22,914 nt of DNA. Source: an uncultured bacterium (GTDB lineage Bacteria; Caldisericota; Caldisericia; B22-G15). Below are positions 16,084-22,914 of the stretch, piece after piece. The notes under the pieces are model-generated. The model had not been told where the DNA came from. It searched no databases and saw only the letters and a program-made list of their open reading frames with translations. The translations under genes were made by a program, and so were the position numbers. The DNA lies in the NCBI GenBank assembly GCA_965612865.1, contig CBFDTJ010000018.1:1-22914 (forward strand), in the 5' to 3' direction. Every line of letters starts with the position of its first letter. Position 1 is the first letter of the stretch.

Positions 16084-17940
16084 ATGGGAAGACTTAAGAA
16101 AAGTTTAAAAACTGTTGACATCTTTTCCATAGCATCCGGTGCCATGATAAGTTCTGGAATCTTTGTTCTTCCTGCTATTGCATATGCTAAAGTTGGCTCC
16201 TTTGTATTCATATCATATCTTCTTGCAAGTATATTTATGATTCCTTCAATCTTTGCAAAGGCTGAACTTGTAACAGCAATGCCAAAGGCAGGAGGAACCT
16301 ACTATTTTGTAGAGAGAGGACTTGGATCTTTCTTTGGAGTAATTGCTGGAATTTCAGCATGGTTTTCACTTAGTTTAAAGAGTGCCTTTGCTCTGATTGG
16401 TATAGGTATTTTTGCAAAATTCATATTTCCTGATCTTACAGGATATCAAATAAAGCTTATTGCCATTTTTTTCTGTATAATTTTCACCCTCTTAAACCTT
16501 TTTTCCTTAAAAAGCTCTGGAAGAATTCAGACGATTCTTGTAATGGGTCTCATATCTATTCTACTTCTTTACATTTTTAAAGGTTTTAAATTCGTTGACT
16601 TTTCAAGGTTTGATTTTTCCAAAGGAGGAGATGTTAGAAAGATAATTTCTACTGCAGGTCTTGTTTTTATTTCCTATGGCGGGCTTACAAAGGTTGCCAG
16701 TGTGGCTGAAGAAACACACAGGCCAGAGAAGACTATTCCAAAGGGAATGTTTTTGTCCTTCTTTATCGTATCCGTTATTTATATAATTTCTGTATTTGTA
16801 ACTGTGGGAGTAATTGGTGGAGAAAAATTACTCTCTTCACTGACTCCTCTTTCAGATGGGGCAGCGGTCTTTATGGGAAAAATCGGAAGTTTACTTCTCT
16901 CCGTCGGTGCCATGCTTGCATTTATTACCACAGCGAACGCTGGAATACTTGCAGCGTCAAGGTCTCCCCTTGCCATGAGTAGAGACGAACTTTTGCCAGG
17001 TATTTTTAAGAAACTTTCAAAGAGAGGTTTACCCTATATATCTATACTGTTTACCAGTGGTTTTATGATACTTGTAATCCTACTGCTTAACACAGAGGAA
17101 CTTGCAAAAACTGCCTCCTTGATGAAGATAATTCTCTTTTTCTTAGTCATTCTTTCGTTAATTGTAATGAGGAAGGGAGAATTCTTAAGTTACAAACCAA
17201 GATTCAAGGCTCCACTTTTCCCATGGATGTATATTCTAACATTACCTCTCTATGCATTCCTGATTTTTGAGATGGGAACAATACCAATACTAATAACCTT
17301 TTTCTTGTTTTTTATTGCTATTGTCTGGTATCTCCTTTACGCAAGAAGAAAAACTACAAGAAAATCAGCAATAATACATGTCCTTGAGGATCTCACAGGA
17401 ATAAAAACAAGTCCGCCAACTCTTGAAAAAGAGTTAAGAAAGATTGTTGTTGAAATGGATAATCTTCCCGATGATAAAATATTTGATGCTATACATGATG
17501 GAATTTTTCTTGATCTTCCCTATTCAACTGACATGGAAGAATTTTTAACAAGGGTTGCTATAGAACTTAGAAAAAAGATTAAAGATTTAGATTTTATCTC
17601 TCTAAGAAAGGAACTTTATAGAGTATTTAGAGAGAATGAGGTATTTTCTGGATTTTTATTTTCCTTTCTTGAGATACCCTATAAAGATGTGTTTGAGATT
17701 GTAGGAATAAGATGCAGGAGAGGATTTAAGTTTTTGAAGGAAAAAGATATCATTGGAATAATTATGGTTCTTTCTTCCAAAGAGAATAAAGAGATTGCCA
17801 TGTGTGCAACAGCGGAGCTTCTCGCGATAGTTAAAGATGAGAAATTTATCTACAGATGGTCTATGGCCAAGGATACTGAAGAATTAAAATCCATAATTAT
17901 ATTTTCAGAAAAAAGAGGAAGAAGTTGTATTGTATATTAA
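16084..17940 (+). CDS. APC-superfamily amino acid permease with C-terminal PTS EIIA-like cytoplasmic domain
   Basis: GAMISSGIFVLP (TM1), AELVTAMPKAGGTY, SYGGLTKVASVAEE, SRSPLAMSRD and many hydrophobic segments. The hydrophilic C-terminus resembles EIIA tails of APC fusions (R...GF.F, F..RW..A....EL). Confidence 0.85.
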   Translation: MGRLKKSLKTVDIFSIASGAMISSGIFVLPAIAYAKVGSFVFISYLLASIFMIPSIFAKAELVTAMPKAGGTYYFVERGLGSFFGVIAGISAWFSLSLKSAFALIGIGIFAKFIFPDLTGYQIKLIAIFFCIIFTLLNLFSLKSSGRIQTILVMGLISILLLYIFKGFKFVDFSRFDFSKGGDVRKIISTAGLVFISYGGLTKVASVAEETHRPEKTIPKGMFLSFFIVSVIYIISVFVTVGVIGGEKLLSSLTPLSDGAAVFMGKIGSLLLSVGAMLAFITTANAGILAASRSPLAMSRDELLPGIFKKLSKRGLPYISILFTSGFMILVILLLNTEELAKTASLMKIILFFLVILSLIVMRKGEFLSYKPRFKAPLFPWMYILTLPLYAFLIFEMGTIPILITFFLFFIAIVWYLLYARRKTTRKSAIIHVLEDLTGIKTSPPTLEKELRKIVVEMDNLPDDKIFDAIHDGIFLDLPYSTDMEEFLTRVAIELRKKIKDLDFISLRKELYRVFRENEVFSGFLFSFLEIPYKDVFEIVGIRCRRGFKFLKEKDIIGIIMVLSSKENKEIAMCATAELLAIVKDEKFIYRWSMAKDTEELKSIIIFSEKRGRSCIVY

Positions 17941-20900
17941 CTCTTTTTGATATAGATCTCTCCTTCCTCAAACCTGTCCTTAAAGGCTTCTTTTAATTCC
18001 TCAAACTTTATCTCATCAGCAAGGACTTCAGTTTTAATAAAGGCTTCGTTTTCCTCTACTATTTTTCTTTTCTCTTCTGGTAAGCTGAGTCCAAGAATTA
18101 TTCTGTCTGTAACTTCAAGTCCTGCTTTTTTTCTGGCATTCTGAATAAAGTGGAGAAACTCTCTTAACCACCCCTCTTTCTTAAGCTCTTCATCTATCTC
18201 AAGAGACAATAACACTGTCAATCCCTGATTCCATCCTATGGAGTAATTTCCTTTTGGAGACTTTTCTATTATCAACTCCTCTTTTGTAATTTTCTTTTCA
18301 CCTTCATCTGTTTTTAGCTGAATGAAGCCTTTTTCATTTAATTCATTTAAGAGAGAATCTGGATTATCCTTCAAAAGACTTTCGAGATTTTTCAGGTATT
18401 TTCCAAGTTTCTGCCCGAGAAGTTTATAATTTGGTTTGATAAGATAGCTTATGTAATTTTGTTCATCATCCTTAAACTCAATTTCTTTTATGTTGAGTTC
18501 TAAAAGTATTATATCTTTAAGGTCTTCAATATCTTTCTTGTCTTTTGAAAAGACAATCATTTTTCTTAGAGGTTGCCTGACCTTTACTTTTGATTTCTTT
18601 CTTGCAGATCTTCCAAGCTCTACAATATTTTTTACAAAATCCATTCTTTCCTCGAGCTCTTTATCTATTAAATCTAGATCAGGTTCAGGATAATCTTCAA
18701 GATGTACACTTTCTTTAGTATCTTTATCTTCAGAGGAGACAATGGCTTGATATATCTCCTCTGAAATAAACGGAGCAAATGGTGCTATAAGTATTGAAAG
18801 TTTCTTTAAAACTTCATACAGGGTAAAGTAGGCAGATAGTTTGTCTTTATCCATTTTCCCTTTCCAGAATCTCTTTCTGTTTAATCTTATATACCAGTTG
18901 GTGAGCTCGGTGGTAAATCTCTCCATTTTTCTTGTAGCTTCTGTGATATTGTACTCTTCAAGTTTCTCTATGGAGAATTTGATGAGAGAGTTTAATCTTG
19001 ATATAAGCCATCTATCAAGAATACTTCTTTCGTTTAATGGGGGAGGATTAAAGTCATTTAAACTAAATTTATCTATATTTGCATAGAGGGTAAAGAATGA
19101 GGTACTGCTTCTTAAAGGTATTATAAAGTTTCTTAAACTTACCTCCACCATCTCTCTTGAGAACCTTCTCGGCATCCATGGAGGTGTTACGGTGAAGAGA
19201 TACCATCTGAATGCGTCAGCACCTTCATTATTAAGTACTTCCCATGGATCAACTATATTTCCTTTGTGTTTGCTCATCTTCTCGCCCTTTTCATCAAGGA
19301 CAAGCTCGAGGCAGAGGACATTCTTAAAGGCAGGAGAGTCAAAGAGAAGCGTTGCAAGAACATGAAGAGTGAAGAACCAGCCTCTTGTCTGATCTATTGC
19401 TTCGCATACATAGTCCGCAGGAAAGTTCTTTTCAAATTTTTCTTTATTTTCAAATGGGTAATGAAATTGTGCATAAGGCATAGCACCTGAATCAAACCAG
19501 ACATCTATAACTTCTTTTTCTCTCTCCATTTCTCCACCACATTTTGGACAAACAAGTTTCACTTCGTCCACATAAGGTCTATGAAGTTCAAGATTTTCTG
19601 GGAAGTTTTTTGCCATGTTTTTTAATTCCTCAACACTTCCTATAACATGGGTGTAACCACACTCTTTACACTTCCATACGGGGAGAGGGGTACCCCAGTA
19701 TCTTTCTCTGGAGATTGCCCAATCCACGAGACTCTCAAGCCAGTTGCCAAACCTTCCCTTTTTTATGTGCTCAGGATACCAGTTTACCTTATTATTGTTT
19801 TTTATGAGATTCTCTTTAACTGCAGTTGTTTTTATAAACCAACTGGATTTTGCAAAGTATAGGAGTGGAGTATCGCATCTCCAGCAATGAGGATAGGAGT
19901 GGAGATATCTCTCTTCTCTAAAGAGAAGCCCCCTTTCCTTTAAATCTTTTACTATATATTTATCTGCATCCTTTGCCCATAAACCTTTGAATAGCTCTGC
20001 CTCCTCTTTAAATTTCCCATCCTCTCCAACAAGCTGAATTACAGGTAGATTGTACTTTTTCCCGAGTTCAAGGTCATCTGCACCATATCCTGGTGCTACA
20101 TGAACGATACCTGTTCCTTCTTCAAGACTTACAAAATCTCCATGTGCTACAAAGTGAAATCTTACATCAAGTTTCACAAAATCAAAGAGGGGTTCATAAT
20201 CTATGTCAATGAGTTTCTCTCCTTTAAACTCCTCAACAACTTCATATTCTTCATCCTTAAAGACTTCGCTTAACCTTCCCTTTGCAAGTATAAGATACTC
20301 GTCTTTATACAGGACTTTTACATATGTAAAGTCTCTGTTGACAGCAAGAAGCATGTTTGATGGAAGTGTCCATGGTGTTGTTGTCCAGACAAGAAAGTAT
20401 GTATTTTCCATTGACGGTATTCTAAATTTAACAAAGACACTTGGATCATGGACATCTTTATATCCCTGAGCTACCTCGTGAGAGGAGAGGGGAGTTCCAC
20501 ATCTCGGGCAGTAGGGAACAACTTTATAGTCCTTGTAGAGGAGTCCTTTCTTTGAGATTTCTTTTATTATCCACCACAAAGTCTCTATATAATAATTTTC
20601 ATAGGTTACATACGCGTTTTCCATATCAAGCCAGAAGGCAATTCTCTCTGTCATTCTTTCCCATTCTCTTTTATATTTAAAAACGCTTTCTTTACACTGC
20701 TTTATAAATTTTTCTATTCCATACTTCTCAATATCTCTTTTGTTTTTGAGTCCGAGACGCTTTTCCACCTCTATTTCTACAGGAAGTCCATGAGTATCCC
20801 AGCCACCTTTTCTTTCAACATAGTATCCCTGCATGGCTTTGTATCTACAGACAGAGTCCTTAAAGACTCTTGATAAACCATGATGAACACCAGGTTTTCC

Positions 20901-21056
20901 ATTCGCCGTTGGTGGACCTTCGTAAAATACAAATCTATTCTCTGGATCTCTTTGCTCAACACTTTTTTCAAAGATTTTGTTCTTTTTCCAGAATTCTATT
21001 ATTTCCTCTTCTCTTTTTGGTATATTAACTTTGGTCTCGAACTTTTTGAAGCTCAT
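17937..21056 (-). CDS. ileS: Isoleucine--tRNA ligase, type 2 (IleRS2)
   Basis: FYEGPPTANG, GWDTHGLPVE, WTTTPWTLPSN, GTGIVHVAP, DWAISRERYWGTP, DVWFDSG, DQTRGWF, KMSKH. The C-terminus (REFLHFIQNARKKAGLEVTDRI) is type-2-like and lacks the type-1 C-terminal zinc finger. SD AAGGAG. Confidence 0.97.
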   Translation of the reverse strand: MSFKKFETKVNIPKREEEIIEFWKKNKIFEKSVEQRDPENRFVFYEGPPTANGKPGVHHGLSRVFKDSVCRYKAMQGYYVERKGGWDTHGLPVEIEVEKRLGLKNKRDIEKYGIEKFIKQCKESVFKYKREWERMTERIAFWLDMENAYVTYENYYIETLWWIIKEISKKGLLYKDYKVVPYCPRCGTPLSSHEVAQGYKDVHDPSVFVKFRIPSMENTYFLVWTTTPWTLPSNMLLAVNRDFTYVKVLYKDEYLILAKGRLSEVFKDEEYEVVEEFKGEKLIDIDYEPLFDFVKLDVRFHFVAHGDFVSLEEGTGIVHVAPGYGADDLELGKKYNLPVIQLVGEDGKFKEEAELFKGLWAKDADKYIVKDLKERGLLFREERYLHSYPHCWRCDTPLLYFAKSSWFIKTTAVKENLIKNNNKVNWYPEHIKKGRFGNWLESLVDWAISRERYWGTPLPVWKCKECGYTHVIGSVEELKNMAKNFPENLELHRPYVDEVKLVCPKCGGEMEREKEVIDVWFDSGAMPYAQFHYPFENKEKFEKNFPADYVCEAIDQTRGWFFTLHVLATLLFDSPAFKNVLCLELVLDEKGEKMSKHKGNIVDPWEVLNNEGADAFRWYLFTVTPPWMPRRFSREMVEVSLRNFIIPLRSSTSFFTLYANIDKFSLNDFNPPPLNERSILDRWLISRLNSLIKFSIEKLEEYNITEATRKMERFTTELTNWYIRLNRKRFWKGKMDKDKLSAYFTLYEVLKKLSILIAPFAPFISEEIYQAIVSSEDKDTKESVHLEDYPEPDLDLIDKELEERMDFVKNIVELGRSARKKSKVKVRQPLRKMIVFSKDKKDIEDLKDIILLELNIKEIEFKDDEQNYISYLIKPNYKLLGQKLGKYLKNLESLLKDNPDSLLNELNEKGFIQLKTDEGEKKITKEELIIEKSPKGNYSIGWNQGLTVLLSLEIDEELKKEGWLREFLHFIQNARKKAGLEVTDRIILGLSLPEEKRKIVEENEAFIKTEVLADEIKFEELKEAFKDRFEEGEIYIKKS

Positions 21057-21078
21057 ATTCCTCTCCTTCTTGTTTTTG

Positions 21079-21103
21079 TAAATTATAACATAACCTCATT
21101 ATA
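21079..21103 (-). promoter_or_regulatory. Putative ileS promoter (extended -10 plus a second TATAAT)
   Basis: Minus strand has TATAAT (21098-21103) and TGTTATAAT (21082-21090) within the 53-nt intergenic gap, upstream of the SD. Confidence 0.5.
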
Positions 21104-21109
21104 CTTCAT

Positions 21110-21838
21110 TTAAGTTTTCTCTGCTAAAACTATGAGTCTTTTTGAACTTTCTTTAAGTGGTTCCTTGGTATAATCTCCAAAGACATTAATTACTCTGAAT
21201 CCACTTAAGGAAAGATATTCCTCAATCTCTTTTTTTGTAAAAATTCTATATATCCTCTCATATTCAAATACTTTACCCTCTTTTATGATTATTCTCTTAG
21301 TCTTAATCCTTCCATTCATAATGCTAAATTTGTTTCTTTCAAGTAAAAAAACATCTCCTTTTCTTTCCCATCTTTCCCTTACGAGGTTTTTTATAAGATA
21401 GTATACATTTTCAATGTCAAGTAAAAATCTTCCATCTGGTTTTAAGGCTTTCTGGATCTTTCTCAGGACAGAGAGGTTTTCCTCATCTGAGAAGTATCCA
21501 AAACTTGTCCACATGGAAATAGCGCCATCGAATTCTTCTAAGAAATTCATCTTTCTTTCATCCATTTTTAAAAATTCTATGTCCAGGTCTTTTTTGTTTC
21601 TCTGTGCAATCTCTATGAATCTATCAATCACATCAATTCCCATTCCTTTTATTCCTCTCTTTGCAAGTTCAATAAGATGTCTTCCTATTCCACACCCAAC
21701 ATCAAGGACTCTATCTCCTTTGCTTAAATCTAAAACATCAATTATAAAATCCACCTGTTTTTTTGTAAGTTCTTCACTTTGAGTTTTTAAGAAAAGTTCA
21801 AGATAATTTTCATCAAACCACTCTTTAAACCACTCCAT
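21110..21838 (-). CDS. Class I SAM-dependent methyltransferase
   Basis: VLDVGCGIGRH (motif I), GID, FDGAISMWTSFGYF, ALKPDGRFLLD. SD GAGGA. Confidence 0.9.
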   Translation of the reverse strand: MEWFKEWFDENYLELFLKTQSEELTKKQVDFIIDVLDLSKGDRVLDVGCGIGRHLIELAKRGIKGMGIDVIDRFIEIAQRNKKDLDIEFLKMDERKMNFLEEFDGAISMWTSFGYFSDEENLSVLRKIQKALKPDGRFLLDIENVYYLIKNLVRERWERKGDVFLLERNKFSIMNGRIKTKRIIIKEGKVFEYERIYRIFTKKEIEEYLSLSGFRVINVFGDYTKEPLKESSKRLIVLAEKT

Positions 21839-21867
21839 TTAAAATCCTCTAAAGCAGTATAAACTAC

Positions 21868-22914
21868 TCATTTTGCCTCAAAACACACTCTCTTTAAATT
21901 CAAAAGGTAGGAAAGACCAGCAATGGTAACTCCGTAGAATATGGTTTTAGGTAAAATAAATTTATCTATGGTGCCATTGGTTGCAGTTGTTCCAGTGACA
22001 AGAAGTAAATCAGCCCACTTTATAGCTTCATCTGTGTTATCTGGTGATTCCACTAAAACTCCATATTTTACCTTGTTTACATTATCAGGATCCATATCTA
22101 TTACCCTCAAGTTAAAATTCTTACCTAAGCTCTCAACCATAGCAGGCTGGAAACCTATCTGAAGTATTTTTGGATTTCCATACTCCTCTTTTATATGGGA
22201 TACAATTTTCTCTGCGCATAATTCTGGTTCTTCGTTTTTACAGTGTCTTGTTCTATCTATAAGGTTAAGGTATCTTAAAACAGCATTGATGGTTGAAATA
22301 AATACAGCTCTTTCATAGTTTGATTTTAAAGAAAGATTTATCACATCTTCAAGTGACCCCTGAAAATTTCCAGGTTCATCTGTATAAGCCTGACCTTTAA
22401 ACCCTCTAAAATCTGCCTCCATCATGAACTCTTTGCCCTTTAAGAGAGGGAAGTCTCTCCTTTCAGGATCTCCTATTGCTTCCTTGCTTGACAGGATTCT
22501 TGCCTTAATGGTAATATTTTCTTTTAAAAGTCCTTCTTTTGCTCCCCACTGTTTTAGACAAGCCGCTGAATTGGCTGTGGCTAATTGAATAGCAAAAATT
22601 GGATCATTGGTTTTTATTAAACCGGCTACAAAGCCAGCCCCATATGCATCTCCTGCTCCGGTTCTATCCTCAACTTTTGTCTTTACAATTCCTGCTTGGA
22701 AAATATTTTTTCCATCAAAGACAATCGACCCTTTTTTGCCTTTTGTGATAATCAAATATCCTCTAATTTCTCTTTTCAATTTTTTGAATAAACTTTTCTC
22801 AGATCTATGCCTTCCAAATAAAAGCTTTGCTTCATTTTCATTTACAATTAAGACATCTACCAAGCCAATCCATTTCTCTATTTTATTTTTTAAAATTACA
22901 ATCTGCTCTTTGCT
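21868..22914 (-). CDS. Edge-truncated ORF: PfkB-family carbohydrate kinase C-terminal half in frame with a DUF364-like Rossmann-fold protein
   Basis: The frame stays open to base 22914 (SKEQIVILKNKIEKWIGLVDVLIVNENEA...). PfkB motifs NENEA, ITKGKKGS and DRTGAGDAYGAGF (22630-22668) are followed by EAIGDPERRDFPLLKGKE, GQAYTD, HCKNEEPELCA, IGFQP and LVTGTTATNGT, which resemble DUF364-like proteins. Confidence 0.7.
   Translation of the reverse strand, partial: SKEQIVILKNKIEKWIGLVDVLIVNENEAKLLFGRHRSEKSLFKKLKREIRGYLIITKGKKGSIVFDGKNIFQAGIVKTKVEDRTGAGDAYGAGFVAGLIKTNDPIFAIQLATANSAACLKQWGAKEGLLKENITIKARILSSKEAIGDPERRDFPLLKGKEFMMEADFRGFKGQAYTDEPGNFQGSLEDVINLSLKSNYERAVFISTINAVLRYLNLIDRTRHCKNEEPELCAEKIVSHIKEEYGNPKILQIGFQPAMVESLGKNFNLRVIDMDPDNVNKVKYGVLVESPDNTDEAIKWADLLLVTGTTATNGTIDKFILPKTIFYGVTIAGLSYLLNLKRVCFEAK

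Noticed and set aside
21057..21109. T-box riboswitch upstream of ileS
   Set aside because: The gap is only 53 nt, with no T-box consensus or terminator/antiterminator.
21856..21861. TATACT -10-like element upstream of the methyltransferase
   Set aside because: No extended TG and no well-spaced -35; too weak to call in AT-rich DNA.
22861..22863. TTG start for the last ORF
   Set aside because: The frame continues to the window edge and the PfkB N-terminal half is missing, so this is an internal Leu.
1..22914. CRISPR arrays, tRNA/rRNA genes, IS elements, prophage or defence genes
   Set aside because: No intergenic gap exceeds 53 nt, and no repeat-spacer pattern, RNA gene signature or transposase/integrase-like ORF was seen.

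Overview
Gene-dense, AT-rich bacterial DNA; the Lys/Glu/Ile-rich proteins suggest an anaerobic thermophile (inference only). Bases 1-13447 are one tightly packed + strand run. It starts with the 3' end of a class A penicillin-binding protein gene, followed by an alpha-glucan/glycogen operon: three different GH57 enzymes (amylopullulanase-like, 4-alpha-glucanotransferase/alpha-amylase-like, branching enzyme), a GalT-family nucleotidyltransferase, glycogen synthase glgA, an NDP-sugar pyrophosphorylase fused to a degenerate phosphohexomutase domain, an intact phosphohexomutase and a bifunctional PGI/PMI. No glgC, GH13 glgB/glgX, glgP, galK or galE is present in the window. The rest holds a 2-hydroxyacid dehydrogenase and a methylmalonyl-CoA mutase substrate-binding subunit (- strand), an APC permease with a degenerate EIIA-like tail (+), a type-2 IleRS with a non-canonical GVHH motif, a SAM methyltransferase, and an edge-truncated ORF joining a PfkB kinase in frame to a DUF364-like protein (fusion or chimeric join). 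No RNA genes, CRISPR arrays or mobile elements were seen. The best candidate for a novel system is the glgC-less, all-GH57 glycogen operon and its unresolved NDP-glucose supply.
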